A stretch of DNA of 64,000 nt from contig JBPOGH010000009.1 of NCBI GenBank assembly GCA_051252135.1, positions 1 to 64,000 of the forward strand, given 5' to 3'. A program made the position numbers and the translations under genes. Under the pieces are notes generated by a model, which made no database searches, was not told the origin of the DNA, and was given only the letters and a program-made list of their open reading frames with translations. This DNA is from Verrucomicrobiaceae bacterium. GTDB lineage: Bacteria > Verrucomicrobiota > Verrucomicrobiia > Verrucomicrobiales > Akkermansiaceae. This document shows positions 37,423-49,040 of the stretch, in pieces (within the stretch, counting starts at the first letter, position 1; the number at the start of each line of letters is the position of its first letter).

Positions 37423-38838
37423 ATGTCCGTGCACCTTCAAGACGCTCTCAACCGCCGCACCTTTTTGGAACAGTCGGCTCATGGACTGGGCGCGCTGTCT
37501 CTTTCGGCTCTGGTTGCGCAGGCCACCGAGGCGGGGCTCCATCATGCGGCCAAGGCGAAGAGGATTATTTACATGTTTCAGTCGGGGGCGCCCTCCCAGA
37601 TGGATCTTTTTGATCCCAAGCCCGAGACGCTGAAGCGGTTTGATGAAGACCTTCCGGATTCCATCCGGATGGGGCAGCGGATCACGGGGATGACTTCGGG
37701 TCAGAAGCGGCTTCCGGTGGCTCCTTCGATTTTCAACTTTGATCAGTACGGGGAGTCTCGTACTTGGCTCTCCGAGTTGCTTCCGCATCACCGAAAGATT
37801 GTGGATGAGATTTGTATGATCAAATCGATCCATACCGAGGCCATCAACCATGATCCGGCGATTACCTTTTTTCAGACGGGGTCGCAGCTTGCGGGGCGTC
37901 CTTCGATTGGGTCCTGGCTTTCGTATGGCCTGGGGTCTCCGAACAAGGATCTTCCGGCGTATGTGGTGCTTACCTCGCGGGGAACCGGACGTCCGAATGA
38001 TCAGCCGCTTTATGATCGTTTGTGGGGGTCGGGGTTTTTACCGACGGAGCATGCGGGGGTGAAGTTCCGGAATGCGGGGGATCCTGTGTTGTATCTCTCC
38101 GATCCGAAGGGGATGAATCGGTCGGTGCGGCGTGATATGCTGGATGATCTCGCGTCGCTCAATGCGCAGCGGCACAGTATTGTGGGGGATCCTGAGATTG
38201 AGGCGCGGATTGCGCAGTATGAGATGGCGTTTCGGATGCAGGCATCGGTGCCGGAACTGACCGATGTGTCGGGGGAGCCGGAGCATGTTCTTGATCTTTA
38301 TGGGCCGAATGTGCGGAAGCCGGGGACCTATGCGGCGAACTGCTTGTTGGCGCGGAGGCTTGCGGAGCGGGATGTCCGTTTTATCCAGCTCTTTCATCAG
38401 GGCTGGGATCACCATGGAGGTTTGCCGAAGGCCTTGAAGGGTCAGTGTCAGGATACGGATCAGGCCAGTGCGGGGCTTCTTTTGGACCTCAAGCAGCGAG
38501 GGTTGTTAGAGGATACCCTGCTTGTTTGGGGCGGGGAGTTTGGCCGGACGATTTATTGTCAGGGGAAGCTGACGCGGGATAATTACGGGCGGGATCATCA
38601 TCCGCGTAGTTTCACGATGTGGATGGCCGGAGCGGGGGTGAAGAAGGGGGTGACGATTGGGAAGACGGATGACTTTGGCTACAATATTTTAGAAGACCCG
38701 GTGCACGTGCATGATTTGAATGCGACGATCCTTCATCTCCTTGGGATTGATCATGAGAAGCTGACCCACCGGTTCCAGGGCCGGCAGTTTCGGCTGACGG
38801 ATGTGCACGGGGAATTGATAAGGAAGGCGTTGGTTTAG
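37423..38838 (+). CDS. DUF1501 domain protein (Tat signal)
   Basis: [47 protein letters not shown]. Confidence 0.93.
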   Translation: MSVHLQDALNRRTFLEQSAHGLGALSLSALVAQATEAGLHHAAKAKRIIYMFQSGAPSQMDLFDPKPETLKRFDEDLPDSIRMGQRITGMTSGQKRLPVAPSIFNFDQYGESRTWLSELLPHHRKIVDEICMIKSIHTEAINHDPAITFFQTGSQLAGRPSIGSWLSYGLGSPNKDLPAYVVLTSRGTGRPNDQPLYDRLWGSGFLPTEHAGVKFRNAGDPVLYLSDPKGMNRSVRRDMLDDLASLNAQRHSIVGDPEIEARIAQYEMAFRMQASVPELTDVSGEPEHVLDLYGPNVRKPGTYAANCLLARRLAERDVRFIQLFHQGWDHHGGLPKALKGQCQDTDQASAGLLLDLKQRGLLEDTLLVWGGEFGRTIYCQGKLTRDNYGRDHHPRSFTMWMAGAGVKKGVTIGKTDDFGYNILEDPVHVHDLNATILHLLGIDHEKLTHRFQGRQFRLTDVHGELIRKALV

Positions 38839-40703
38839 TTTCCCTTCACGCCTGTTTTGTGGACGCGGGTGGGTTTGTCTTTGCCGATTTTGATGGTGTG
38901 TGGGTCGGCGGTGTAGACGGGGAGTTTGCCTTGGGATTCGTTCATGCGGGCGGTGTAGAGGATTTCTCCGGTGGTGTCGTTGCTGACCTGGATGACGGGG
39001 TGTTTGAGGTCGACGTTGTAGTCGAGGTGGGCGGTGGGTTTGCGGCCGTCGTTGTCACGGGCGTTGAAGGTGAGGGGCCAGCCGGGGAATTGGTGGTCGC
39101 CTTTTTCGGTGACGTTGGTGAAGCGCTTGTAGCATTCGAAGGTGACTTCGTTGGTGGATTTTTTGAAGCGAGCGAGTCCGTAGCCGTCGGCGCGTTGTGT
39201 TTCGTCATCGCGATTTTCAGGGTTGGCGTAGGCGAGCATGGTGATTTTGTTGCCGAGGCCGTCGAGGAAGTTTCCGGTCCAGGGGAGGGGGGAGTTGGGG
39301 ACGGGGTTGGGGCCGGCTTTTTCGTCGAGGGGGTGCCACCAGCGTCCGTAGATGGTGTTGACGAGGGCGGGGGAGGTGAAGGCGTAGGGGCCGTCATCGA
39401 ATGCGTCGATGCCGTGGCGCACGGAGACGGCGAGGTGTTGGTCACCGCAGAGGTGGGTTGCGCGGGCGCGGCGGATTTCGCGGAGGGCGTTGTTGCGTCC
39501 GGTTTGGGGCCAGGCGTTTGAGTCGAGGTCGGCGAGGAGGCGGTTATCGGGGCTTCCGTGGATGTGGACGGCGCCGCAGAAGGCGGTGGCGGAGAGGACG
39601 CATTTCATTTGGGCGTCGGTCCAGTCTTGTGACCAGTTGTTGAGGAATTTGAGTTGGCGGTCGCCGAGGAGTTTGAGGCCGTCGACATCAACAGCTTTCC
39701 GGTCGTATTTGGGATCGTTGATGTGGTCGGGGCGGGGTCCCATTTTTGGGATGGTGCCTTCGGGGCCGGTTTTAAATTTCCGATCTTCGATGATGGCGAA
39801 GGAGATGCCGCCGTAGGTGAGGTTGGTGAAGTAGACGCTGATGTCGCGTTTGATGGGGGTGGGGTCGACGGGGTCGGGGAGGTGCCAGGTTTGTTGGCGT
39901 TGGACCATGTTGACGTAGGCGGGGGGGTAGAAGTAGCCGCCGGAGGGGCCGGCTGGGTTGGTGGCGAGGATGCCTTCTTCGCCCCAGAGGTTGGCTTGGC
40001 CGACGTCGTGATCATCGGGGATGGTGATGGTGGGGCGGTCCCGCATGACATCGCGGAACTGGAGTCCGAATTCGAGCCAGCCGTAGGTGTGCTGGGTGTG
40101 GTTGTAGGTTTGGTCTCCGGCGAAGAAGAGGATGTCGGGGTTTTGTTGGATGAGGTTGTTGAGGATGAGGGGGCGGGGACCGGTGGTGCGGGAGGAGTTG
40201 CAGGAGAGGTTACCGACGGTGATGATGTCCTGGTCCTTGGGGTCTTTGCGGACGAGGCCTTCGAAGGTGGCTTTATCGGCGTGGCGAAGGCGGTAGGGGG
40301 TGTCTTTGGAGGAGTCCCAGCCGGTGATGCGGAAGTGGGCGGACCATCCGGGGTAGTGGATTTTTTCGGTGGCGATTTGTTTCCAGGTGTCGCCTTTTTT
40401 TACTTCGAGGCGGACTTCCTGGGTTTCATCGGGTTTGAGGGGGAAGAGTTGGGCGCTGAGTTTGAGGGTGTCGTTTTGGACGGTGTAGAGGGCGAAGCCG
40501 ATGACTTCTTCGCGGGGGACGTCGAGGTTGATCTTGAGGCGGTTGTTTTTTTTGCCTTTAGCGTCGGGTCCGCGGGTCCACCATTCGGCGGTGGCGCGGT
40601 CGTCGAGGGTGTGGAATTTTTTTCCGAAGACCTCGGCGGAGGTGGGCATGAGTTGGCCGTGTGCGGTGGCGAGGGTGAGGAGTAAGAGCGAGAAAAGTTT
40701 CAT
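38835..40703 (-). CDS. PhoD-like metallophosphatase
   Basis: Signal peptide; [23 protein letters not shown]. Confidence 0.8.
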   Translation of the reverse strand: MKLFSLLLLTLATAHGQLMPTSAEVFGKKFHTLDDRATAEWWTRGPDAKGKKNNRLKINLDVPREEVIGFALYTVQNDTLKLSAQLFPLKPDETQEVRLEVKKGDTWKQIATEKIHYPGWSAHFRITGWDSSKDTPYRLRHADKATFEGLVRKDPKDQDIITVGNLSCNSSRTTGPRPLILNNLIQQNPDILFFAGDQTYNHTQHTYGWLEFGLQFRDVMRDRPTITIPDDHDVGQANLWGEEGILATNPAGPSGGYFYPPAYVNMVQRQQTWHLPDPVDPTPIKRDISVYFTNLTYGGISFAIIEDRKFKTGPEGTIPKMGPRPDHINDPKYDRKAVDVDGLKLLGDRQLKFLNNWSQDWTDAQMKCVLSATAFCGAVHIHGSPDNRLLADLDSNAWPQTGRNNALREIRRARATHLCGDQHLAVSVRHGIDAFDDGPYAFTSPALVNTIYGRWWHPLDEKAGPNPVPNSPLPWTGNFLDGLGNKITMLAYANPENRDDETQRADGYGLARFKKSTNEVTFECYKRFTNVTEKGDHQFPGWPLTFNARDNDGRKPTAHLDYNVDLKHPVIQVSNDTTGEILYTARMNESQGKLPVYTADPHTIKIGKDKPTRVHKTGVKGN

Positions 40704-40861
40704 GATGAGGAAGGTTGGCAAAGGGATGGAAGGAGGGCGATCAAGAAGTTGGCTGCGATTGTTGATGGGGAATGTCGTGGGGGGGTGGAGAGGTGAAAGA
40801 AAATCGGGGGAATTGAAGCGGGAAGGGTTTGTTCATTTTTAATTGAACAAAGGGTTGGGTT

Positions 40862-41365
40862 GTGGATGGTAGTGGCATGCCGGAGACGGATGCCGTAACG
40901 GAGTTTGAAGACCGTGTGATTGAGTTCTTTTGTGACGGGGTGCGCCTTTTGGGGCTGCCGAAGTCGATTGGGGAGATCTACGGGTTGTTGTTTGTGTCGC
41001 GGGAGCCGCTCTCGCTGGATGATTTGGTGAGGAGGTTGGGGATCAGCAAGGGCTCGGCGAGTCAGGGTTTGAAGATGTTGCGTGAGTTGGGAGCGGTGCG
41101 TGAGGCGGAGGGGGAGAATTTGCGCCGGAGTTATTTTGAGCCTGATGTGGAGCTGAAGCGTTTGGTGGGGGGCTTTATCAAGGAGCAGGTGAGGCCGCAT
41201 TTGGCGAGCGGGGAGGAGAAGTTGGCGGGACTTCATCAGCAGGTGGAGGAGATGGAGCCGAGCGAGGATACGGTTTTTTATGAGGAGCGGCTCAAGAGGC
41301 TGGGGCGGTGGTCGAATCGGGCGAAGGTGGTATTGCCCCTGCTGCAAAAATTCCTCGGTAAATAG
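40862..41365 (+). CDS. GbsR/MarR-family transcriptional regulator
   Basis: GLPKSIGEIYGLLF..PLSLDDL...LGISKGSASQGLKML winged helix. Confidence 0.88.
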   Translation: MDGSGMPETDAVTEFEDRVIEFFCDGVRLLGLPKSIGEIYGLLFVSREPLSLDDLVRRLGISKGSASQGLKMLRELGAVREAEGENLRRSYFEPDVELKRLVGGFIKEQVRPHLASGEEKLAGLHQQVEEMEPSEDTVFYEERLKRLGRWSNRAKVVLPLLQKFLGK

Positions 41366-41920
41366 ATGGAGACCGATTCACAGCCAGCCTGGTATGTTCT
41401 GCGATCGCAGGTCAAACGGGAGGGTATGGCTGCGAGGAATCTTGCGCAGTTGGAGGGGGTGGAGGTGTTTTTACCGAAGCTGCGTTATTTGAAGACGACG
41501 CGTCGGGGGAAGGTGTGGTGGGTGGAGCCATTGTTTCCGGGATATTTGTTGGCGAAGTTCGACCGGGTGGAATCGGCGCGGGCGGTGACGCATGCGCACG
41601 GGGTGAGTCATTTGGTGGGATTTGGGGATCAGGTGCCTGCGGTGCCGGAGGGTTTTGTGGAGAGTCTGAGGGCGGAGGTGGCCAAGTATCAGCGGGATGA
41701 GGGAGAGATCGTGGTGGGGTGGAAGGTGGAGGTGGGCGCGGAGGTGGAAATCGCCGACGGTCCTTTTAAGGGAATGGAGGGAAAAGTGGTGGAGGTGCGT
41801 CCTGCGGCGGAGAGGGTGAGTCTGCTGTTGGATTTTCTTGGGGAGGAGCATCCGGTGGAGGTGGACCTTTACAGCTTGATCCTTTCTGGTCCTGACTTGC
41901 CGGAGGGGTTGCGTCATTAG
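41366..41920 (+). CDS. NusG-paralogue transcription antiterminator (RfaH/UpxY-like)
   Basis: WYVL, VFLP, EPLFPGYL (NGN); VEIADGPFKGMEG (KOW). Confidence 0.9.
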   Translation: METDSQPAWYVLRSQVKREGMAARNLAQLEGVEVFLPKLRYLKTTRRGKVWWVEPLFPGYLLAKFDRVESARAVTHAHGVSHLVGFGDQVPAVPEGFVESLRAEVAKYQRDEGEIVVGWKVEVGAEVEIADGPFKGMEGKVVEVRPAAERVSLLLDFLGEEHPVEVDLYSLILSGPDLPEGLRH

Positions 41921-42081
41921 ATTTTCTAAACAATTAAGATGTCCACAATTGTTCATTTTGAATTGAACTTTACCGGTTGGCGTGTGTCTATCAGTGGTGA
42001 CGAGGCCCTTAGCGGCCGTCATTCCTAAATTTTTCTCTCTCCAGAAGATGGTTTTTTCCGACATTCGGATGATCGACCAAT

Positions 42082-42093
42082 GGCGGCAGCGTC
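42082..42093 (+). promoter_or_regulatory. ops-like element in the leader of the polysaccharide operon
   Basis: GGCGGCAGCGTC versus the enterobacterial ops GGCGGTAGnnTG; ends 15 nt before ATG 42109. Confidence 0.35.
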
Positions 42094-42108
42094 TTCGCTC
42101 TTAAAATT

Positions 42109-43236
42109 ATGAATGTGCCACTCCTAGATGTTCCTGCCCAGAACGCACCCTTGAAGGATGAATTTATGCAGGCGTTTGAGTCTGTGTTGGACTCCGGGTA
42201 TTTTATCCTGGGTCCTGAGGTGGAGGGCTTTGAGGCGGAAACTGCAGCGTATCTGGATACTGCCCATACGGTTGCAGTGTCATCAGGAACAGATGCTTTG
42301 GTGGTGGCGTTGATGGCAGCGGGAGTGGGACCGGGGGATGAGGTGATTTGCCCGTCGTTTACCTTTTTTGCGACAGCGGGGAGTGTGGCGCGGTTGGGTG
42401 CGGTGCCGGTGTTTGCGGAGGTTGAGGAGGATTCGTTTAATATTGATGTGGGTTCGTGTGCGGCGTTGGTGAATGAGAGGACGAAGGCGATTATCCCGGT
42501 GCACCTTTTCGGGCGGAGCGCGGCGATGGATGAGGTGAATGCTCTGGCGAAGAAGCATTCCCTGGTGGTGATCGAGGATACGGCGCAGTCGTTGGGAGCG
42601 CGTTTCGGCGACAAGATGTGCGGGACGATGAGTGACTATGGGACGTATAGTTTTTTCCCGTCCAAAAATTTGGGAGGATTCGGGGATGGCGGGTTGGTGA
42701 GCTGTGGCAGTGAGGAGAATGCGGAGCGGGTTCGTCAGCTGAGGAATCACGGGATGTTTCCAAAGTATTATCACTCAATGGTGGGCGGGAATTTTCGGAT
42801 CGATGCACTGCAGGCAGCGCTCTTGCGCAAGAAGCTGCCGCATTTGGATTCGTACGGGCAGGGGCGTTCGGACAATGCGGCCTATTATGCGAATCGGTTT
42901 GAGTCGCTGGATGGGGAGTTGGTGAGCCCGCCTCTGCCGGGTACCGCAGGGGAAGGTGTGATCTGGAACCAGTATACCCTTCGGGTGCATCAGGGGCAGC
43001 GGGATGCGTTGAAGGAATACCTACTTGGTGAGGGTGTGGGTTGTGAAATTTATTATCCGGTTCCGCTCCATCTTCAGGAGTGCTTCAAGGGTTTGCAGAC
43101 TGCGGGTGAGGGGAAGTTGCCGGTGTCCGAAAAGCTGGCAGCCGAGGTGCTGAGCATTCCGATTTTTGCAGAGCTTGGCGAAGAACGCCGGGAACGGGTC
43201 GCCGATGTGGTGACGTCATTTTTTAGAAAAGGTTAG
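42109..43236 (+). CDS. DegT/DnrJ/EryC1/StrS-family sugar aminotransferase
   Basis: [41 protein letters not shown]. Confidence 0.93.
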   Translation: MNVPLLDVPAQNAPLKDEFMQAFESVLDSGYFILGPEVEGFEAETAAYLDTAHTVAVSSGTDALVVALMAAGVGPGDEVICPSFTFFATAGSVARLGAVPVFAEVEEDSFNIDVGSCAALVNERTKAIIPVHLFGRSAAMDEVNALAKKHSLVVIEDTAQSLGARFGDKMCGTMSDYGTYSFFPSKNLGGFGDGGLVSCGSEENAERVRQLRNHGMFPKYYHSMVGGNFRIDALQAALLRKKLPHLDSYGQGRSDNAAYYANRFESLDGELVSPPLPGTAGEGVIWNQYTLRVHQGQRDALKEYLLGEGVGCEIYYPVPLHLQECFKGLQTAGEGKLPVSEKLAAEVLSIPIFAELGEERRERVADVVTSFFRKG

Positions 43237-43288
43237 CGGTGCCGAGCCACCAACCCTAAGAAGCAATATCGATAAAACCTCTATATCA

Positions 43289-44224
43289 ATGAAACTATTT
43301 GTAGCCGGACACCGAGGGATGGTGGGCTCCGCCTTGGTGCGGGAGGCCCAAAAACGTGGCGGATATGACGTTCTAACCGCTACCCGGGATGAGTTAAATC
43401 TATTGGACCAAGATGCCTGTCATCGTTGGCTCGAGGAGAAAAAACCGGATCAAGTGATTATTGCGGCAGCAAAAGTGGGAGGCATTCACGCGAATTCGAC
43501 TTATCCGGCGGAATTCATCTACGAAAATTTGGTGATTGCGACCAATCTCATCGAAGGATCACGGCAAGCTGGCATTGAACGGGTATTGTTCCTGGGGAGT
43601 TCTTGTATTTATCCAAAGATGGCTCCTCAACCGATGCCCGAAAGCTGCTTGTTGACCAGTCCGCTGGAAGTGACGAACGAGGCCTACGCCATTGCCAAAA
43701 TCGCAGGGCTTAAAATGTGTCAACATTACCGGGCCCAGTATGGGTTGATGTATCACTCGGCCATGCCGACGAACCTCTACGGTCCGGGGGACAACTATCA
43801 CCCCGAGAACTCCCATGTGATTCCTGCGCTCATCCGCCGATTTCATGAGGCCAAGGAACGAGGAGACAAGGAAGTGGTGATCTGGGGAAGCGGGACTCCG
43901 CGGCGTGAATTTCTTCACGTGGATGACCTCGCGGAAGCGTGTTTTCATTTGCTTGGGCACGAATCTCCACCTGACTGGGTGAACTTGGGGGTGGGTGAGG
44001 ATGTGACGATTTTCCAACTCGCCGAACTGGTGGCAAAGACTGTTGGGTATGAGGGTGAGATCAACACTGATCCCTCCAAGCCGGATGGAACGCCCAGGAA
44101 GCTTCTGGATGTTTCACTTTTGAATGAAACTGGGTGGGCTGCCAAAATCTCACTTTCCGATGGTCTTGCAGCGGCCTATCAGGATTTCCAATCGACTCTC
44201 AACCAAGGCACTGCACGCCTGTAG
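43289..44224 (+). CDS. fcl: GDP-L-fucose synthase
   Basis: [43 protein letters not shown]. Confidence 0.96.
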   Translation: MKLFVAGHRGMVGSALVREAQKRGGYDVLTATRDELNLLDQDACHRWLEEKKPDQVIIAAAKVGGIHANSTYPAEFIYENLVIATNLIEGSRQAGIERVLFLGSSCIYPKMAPQPMPESCLLTSPLEVTNEAYAIAKIAGLKMCQHYRAQYGLMYHSAMPTNLYGPGDNYHPENSHVIPALIRRFHEAKERGDKEVVIWGSGTPRREFLHVDDLAEACFHLLGHESPPDWVNLGVGEDVTIFQLAELVAKTVGYEGEINTDPSKPDGTPRKLLDVSLLNETGWAAKISLSDGLAAAYQDFQSTLNQGTARL

Positions 44225-44235
44225 ATTAAATTATC

Positions 44236-45354
44236 ATGAAAAAAGCACTTATCACCGGTATCACCGGTCAGGATGGATCCTACCTAGCCGAATTTCTTCT
44301 GGAAAAAGGCTACGAGGTCCACGGAATCAAGCGCCGCGCTTCCTCGTTTAATACCGAACGGGTGGATCACATTTATGAAGATCCGCATGTCGAAAGTGCG
44401 CGTTTTAAACTCCACTACGGAGATCTTACCGACACCTCGAATTTGACCCGGATCATCAGTGAAATTGAGCCTGATGAAGTCTACAATCTGGGTGCCCAGT
44501 CACACGTCGCGGTCTCGTTCGAATCTCCGGAGTATACGGCTGACGTTGATGCCATCGGCACCCTTCGTCTGCTTGAAGCGATTCGATTTTTGGGTCTTGA
44601 GAAGAAGACGCGTTTTTACCAGGCATCGACCTCAGAACTCTACGGTCTTGTGCAAGAGGTTCCTCAAAAGGAAACCACGCCCTTCTACCCGCGATCCCCG
44701 TATGCAGCAGCAAAGATGTATGCGTATTGGATTACCGTAAACTACCGGGAATCGTACGGGATGTATGCCTGTAACGGGATTCTTTTTAATCACGAGTCCC
44801 CCCGTCGTGGTGAGACATTTGTGACCCGCAAGATCACGCGCGCGGTAGCAAACATCGCGTTAGGGCTCGAGAAGTGCCTGTTTCTTGGAAACATGGATGC
44901 TCTTCGGGATTGGGGACATGCGAAGGACTATGTCCGCATGCAGTGGATGATGCTTCAACAGGATCAGCCGGATGATTTCGTTATTGCCACCGGAAAGCAG
45001 ATTTCCGTGCGCGAATTTGTCCAGCTTTCGGCCAAGGAAGCGGGGATTGAATTGACCTTCACCGGCGAAGGGGTTGATGAGATCGCGACTGTTGCTGCAG
45101 TAGATAACGAGAAGGCTCCCGCGGTTAAGGTTGGCGACGTAATCGTGAAAGTGGATCCCCGCTATTTCCGCCCTGCAGAAGTGGAAACCCTTCTGGGCGA
45201 TCCTACGAAAGCCAAGGAAGAGTTGGGCTGGGTCCCTGAAATCACCGTTGAGGAAATGTGCGCCGAAATGGTAGCGCATGATCTGGAGAAAGCGAAACAA
45301 CACGCCCTTCTTAAGAAGCACGGACATAAGGTGTCCGTTGCAACCGAAGGCTAA
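44236..45354 (+). CDS. gmd: GDP-mannose 4,6-dehydratase
   Basis: [50 protein letters not shown]. Confidence 0.97.
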   Translation: MKKALITGITGQDGSYLAEFLLEKGYEVHGIKRRASSFNTERVDHIYEDPHVESARFKLHYGDLTDTSNLTRIISEIEPDEVYNLGAQSHVAVSFESPEYTADVDAIGTLRLLEAIRFLGLEKKTRFYQASTSELYGLVQEVPQKETTPFYPRSPYAAAKMYAYWITVNYRESYGMYACNGILFNHESPRRGETFVTRKITRAVANIALGLEKCLFLGNMDALRDWGHAKDYVRMQWMMLQQDQPDDFVIATGKQISVREFVQLSAKEAGIELTFTGEGVDEIATVAAVDNEKAPAVKVGDVIVKVDPRYFRPAEVETLLGDPTKAKEELGWVPEITVEEMCAEMVAHDLEKAKQHALLKKHGHKVSVATEG

Positions 45355-45361
45355 TACGCAA

Positions 45362-46120
45362 GTGCAGAGCACACCCACAACCCGCGAGGTCCTTGGTTTC
45401 CCGGTTGCTGTTACCAGCTATGCCGGTGCTGCCAGGTGGAGCATCGATTCCGCGTCTCGAGGTGACCGGGCCTATGCGGTCAGTGCCGCGAATACCCATG
45501 TCCTTTCCCTGGCTCGCCAAAGTGAAAAATTTGGTCGGGCGATGGAAAGATTTGATCTGATTTGTCCTGATGGCACCCCGTTGCTCTGGACGGTTAATGC
45601 GCAGCTGAAAGCATCCGAGAAGCTTGAAGACAGGGTTTACGGTCCCACATTGATGCTCAAGCTCATGGAGGAGTCCGAGGGGGAGGCAGACAAGTCCCAT
45701 TTTCTGCTCGGAGGAAAACAAGAGACACTCGACAAGCTATCGTCTCGTTTCGACAAGAATGTCATCGCGGGAGTCTACTCTCCGCCGTTTGGTGAATGGC
45801 CTGCTGATGAGCATGAAAAGATCAAGAAGCTGATCCGTGAATCAAAGGCGCGTTTTGTTTGGGTGGGGCTAGGATGTCCGAAGCAGGAGCAATGGATTGC
45901 CGATCATTTGGATACCCTTCCTCCTGCGGTTTACTTTGGGATTGGTGCCGCCTTTGCCTTTCACGCAGGAGAGGTGAAACAAGCCCCCGCGTGGATTCAA
46001 AAGTGGGGGCTCGAATGGCTTTTCAGGCTGTGCGCTGAGCCCCGAAGACTGTGGAAGCGTTACGCAGTGTACAATAGTTTGTTTCTCTACTTCACCATCA
46101 AAGACCGAATCCGTGGCTGA
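45362..46120 (+). CDS. WecB/TagA/CpsF-family glycosyltransferase (start uncertain)
   Basis: PDGTPL, RVYGPTLM, SPPF, VWVGLGCPKQE, GLEWLFRL..EPRRLWKRY. Confidence 0.92.
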   Translation: MQSTPTTREVLGFPVAVTSYAGAARWSIDSASRGDRAYAVSAANTHVLSLARQSEKFGRAMERFDLICPDGTPLLWTVNAQLKASEKLEDRVYGPTLMLKLMEESEGEADKSHFLLGGKQETLDKLSSRFDKNVIAGVYSPPFGEWPADEHEKIKKLIRESKARFVWVGLGCPKQEQWIADHLDTLPPAVYFGIGAAFAFHAGEVKQAPAWIQKWGLEWLFRLCAEPRRLWKRYAVYNSLFLYFTIKDRIRG

Positions 46121-46697
46121 AAACATCCACACCCAGTTTCACCGGTTCGTCTCTCCGGATGAAAAAGAGGAGCTATTGGGGCAGAAGGGCGCTGTTCTTT
46201 GGTTGTATGGCCTTTCCGGATCCGGAAAGTCGACAATTGCTGCTGCGGTCGAGCGTCATCTGCACGATAACGGTCGATTTGTTGTTATCCTGGACGGAGA
46301 CAACTTTCGTCACGGGCTGAATGCTGATTTGGGCTTCAGCGATGAAGATCGGAGGGAGAATGTGCGCAGGGTGGCGGAAGTGGCCAAAATGCTGTCCACA
46401 CAGGGGGTCATTGTATTGGTTTCGGTGATCAGTCCCAAACAAGCTCTGCGGGAGTCCGCTCGTGCGATCATTGGGGACGCATTTCGAGATATTTTCATTA
46501 AAGCGTCCTATGAAACTTGTGCAGCGCGGGATCCCAAAGGCCTCTATGCCAAGGTTGCCGCAGGAGAGATTAAGCAGTTTACCGGGAAAGACAGTGGCTT
46601 TGAAGAGCCTGATTCTCCGGACCTCATCATTGACACCGAAGAGTTGACTCCCACGGAAGCGATCCCACGGGTTACAGCTCTTTTGAGTGGATGCTAA
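46113..46697 (+). CDS. cysC: Adenylyl-sulfate kinase
   Basis: GLSGSGKST, LDGDNFRHGL, RDPKGLY, FTG. Confidence 0.95.
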   Translation: MAENIHTQFHRFVSPDEKEELLGQKGAVLWLYGLSGSGKSTIAAAVERHLHDNGRFVVILDGDNFRHGLNADLGFSDEDRRENVRRVAEVAKMLSTQGVIVLVSVISPKQALRESARAIIGDAFRDIFIKASYETCAARDPKGLYAKVAAGEIKQFTGKDSGFEEPDSPDLIIDTEELTPTEAIPRVTALLSGC

Positions 46698-46778
46698 AAA
46701 AATATTGCATTTTTGGCAGGCCCAACGTAGCCCTTTGGCGCAGTTAAACCTGACTAACCTGAGTAACAAACTCAACAA

Positions 46779-47684
46779 ATGAGCGATTACAACCTTAGCC
46801 ACCTCGATCAGCTCGAGGCAGAGGCCATTTTTATCCTGAGAGAAACGGCGGCCCAATTTGAGAATCCGGGCCTCCTCTTTTCCGCGGGAAAAGATTCCAT
46901 TGTCATGGCGCACATCGCCCGGAAGGCATTCTATCCGGCTAGAATCCCGTTCCCGCTTGTTCATGTTGATACAGGACACAATTTTCCAGAAACCATCGAA
47001 TTTAGGGATGCCTATGCGGAAAAAATTGGAGCACGGCTTCATGTTGGGCTGGTTCAGGATTCGATTGATAAAGGCACGGCAGTAGAGGAAACGGGACTGA
47101 ATGCTTCACGCAACAAGCTACAAACCGTAACCCTACTTGAGACAATCGAAGAGCAGCAATACGATGCGGTGTTGGGCGGAGGACGTCGAGATGAGGAAAA
47201 GGCGAGAGCAAAGGAGCGCTTCTTTTCCCACCGGAACGATTTCGGTGAATGGGATCCCAAGAATCAGCGCCCGGAACTCTGGAATCTTTTTAACGGGCGG
47301 AAGCAACTGGGTGAGCATTTCAGGGTTTTCCCCCTCTCAAACTTCACTGAGATGGATGTTTGGATGTATATGCGCCGTGAGGGTATTGAACTTCCAAGTC
47401 TGTATTATTCCCATGAACGGGACACGATCATCCGGAACGGAGTGATTCTGGCGGTCTCGGAATTTGTGCAGCCGCGCGAAGGAGAGGTGGTCGAGAAGAA
47501 GAGAATTCGTTTCCGGACAATGGGAGATGCGACAATTACCGGTGCGGTAGAAAGCGACGCTGACACCATGGAAAAGATCATTGAGGAAGTTGCTGCGGCC
47601 CGCCAAACCGAGAGGGGGAATCGGGCTGATGACAAGCGCTCCGAAACAGCAATGGAAGACCGGAAGAAAGAAGGGTATTTTTAG
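46779..47684 (+). CDS. cysD: Sulfate adenylyltransferase subunit 2
   Basis: FSAGKDS, VDTGHNF, RRDEEKARAKER, WDPKNQRPELW, MEDRKKEGYF. Confidence 0.96.
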   Translation: MSDYNLSHLDQLEAEAIFILRETAAQFENPGLLFSAGKDSIVMAHIARKAFYPARIPFPLVHVDTGHNFPETIEFRDAYAEKIGARLHVGLVQDSIDKGTAVEETGLNASRNKLQTVTLLETIEEQQYDAVLGGGRRDEEKARAKERFFSHRNDFGEWDPKNQRPELWNLFNGRKQLGEHFRVFPLSNFTEMDVWMYMRREGIELPSLYYSHERDTIIRNGVILAVSEFVQPREGEVVEKKRIRFRTMGDATITGAVESDADTMEKIIEEVAAARQTERGNRADDKRSETAMEDRKKEGYF

Positions 47685-47714
47685 GATCGAATGGGGTAGA
47701 CTCCAAGCGCTCAA

Positions 47715-49013
47715 ATGATGAAAACTCTCTTAACGCTCATAATGATCCTCCTGGTGGGGAGCCTATCGGCATTGACCCTCGCCGAGCTCCAGCTCACTTT
47801 TGAGATTAATCGTCAGAAAATTGACCAGGCTCAGACCGACAAACTGGTTAATCTGCGCAATAGCTACAAAACTGCCCTTACGAGACTTCAAGGTAAGTAT
47901 CAAAAAGCAGGAAAGCTGGATGACGCACTCATGGCCAAAAACGAGGTGAGGCTTGTCACATCGGCGATTTGGCCAATACCGGCCCTCCCAAAAGAGGCAC
48001 CCTCCGACCTGACTTCTGCCAGAAAAATTTATCTCAAAAACAATCTGGGAATTCAGAAGGAATATGGAACCGAGTTGATCAAAATCGTAGATCGAATGGA
48101 TGATCTCCTCGAAAAACAGATTATCGAGCTCACGAAGTCCGGAGAACTTGAAGACGCCAAAAGCGCCAGAACCTACCAAACCTCTCTTCGCAATGACGCC
48201 GAAATCCAAGCGGCCAGAACACTGTTGAGCCGAGGCAGTATCAACGGTTCCACACCGGTCGCGATGAGAATTAGGCGGGCGGGAGACGATCTTGAAGTCC
48301 TTGTTCGCTACGATGCCAGTGGAAAAATAAGTCCTCAAAGTCCGGTGGAAAACGTTTCCGAAAAGACCAAAGGCAAAGACGTAAAGGGGGACACCAAAGC
48401 AACAGTACTTGGGGAATTCATTGGAAGCAAAGGCCACACCGTTGATCCCTACATCGCCCTCAATAAGGTCTTCGATGATCGGGAACTGGATCCCATTCGA
48501 GTTTCCGATATGGAAGTTGACTTCCTCAAAGAGGATGAGGGACAAGTCGGAGCGAGATTCAAGTTCACCGACAATCCGAAAAACCCCTATGTGAGTCTGG
48601 GCTACTGCCTTCCAAACCTGGCTGAGAAAGGCAGCTTTCGAATTACCATCAGCTATTTTGTTCCCAAGACAAACGAAGGTCTTACCGGTTTTAAGCTCAT
48701 TCGAGGCGTAGGCGCCGCAATACCCGGGAGTGACGCCAATAAACAAGGATCCTGGCAAACCTTTGAGGGTAGCGGGACTTCGATCAACGAGCACAAGAGT
48801 CTTCTGCTTTACCTGACAAAATCTCCGAAGGTGAAAGGTGCCGTTGATCCCGGAGAGTTCGTTAGTCTGGGATCGGTCAACGTCGCCCACACCGCCTTTA
48901 CGGCATACGCCGTGGAGCGTTTTGACAAAGACGGGGCAATAACAGAAGCGTTTCTCGACGCGGCGGACCAAAAGCCAATCTCCCTTAACGGAGAACTCCT
49001 TCCCCAACCCTAA
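47715..49013 (+). CDS. Secreted hypothetical protein with helical N-terminal region
   Basis: 432-aa ORF with signal peptide; two G(K/E)L(D/E)DA helical motifs; A/C-rich codons. Confidence 0.75.
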   Translation: MMKTLLTLIMILLVGSLSALTLAELQLTFEINRQKIDQAQTDKLVNLRNSYKTALTRLQGKYQKAGKLDDALMAKNEVRLVTSAIWPIPALPKEAPSDLTSARKIYLKNNLGIQKEYGTELIKIVDRMDDLLEKQIIELTKSGELEDAKSARTYQTSLRNDAEIQAARTLLSRGSINGSTPVAMRIRRAGDDLEVLVRYDASGKISPQSPVENVSEKTKGKDVKGDTKATVLGEFIGSKGHTVDPYIALNKVFDDRELDPIRVSDMEVDFLKEDEGQVGARFKFTDNPKNPYVSLGYCLPNLAEKGSFRITISYFVPKTNEGLTGFKLIRGVGAAIPGSDANKQGSWQTFEGSGTSINEHKSLLLYLTKSPKVKGAVDPGEFVSLGSVNVAHTAFTAYAVERFDKDGAITEAFLDAADQKPISLNGELLPQP

Positions 49014-49040
49014 TACGGCCCCTCCACCACTTTAGATACC

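Noticed and set aside
34550..38838. DUF1553/DUF1501 pair as a novel system
   Set aside because: A very common paralogous pair in Planctomycetota and Verrucomicrobiota; nothing distinctive here.
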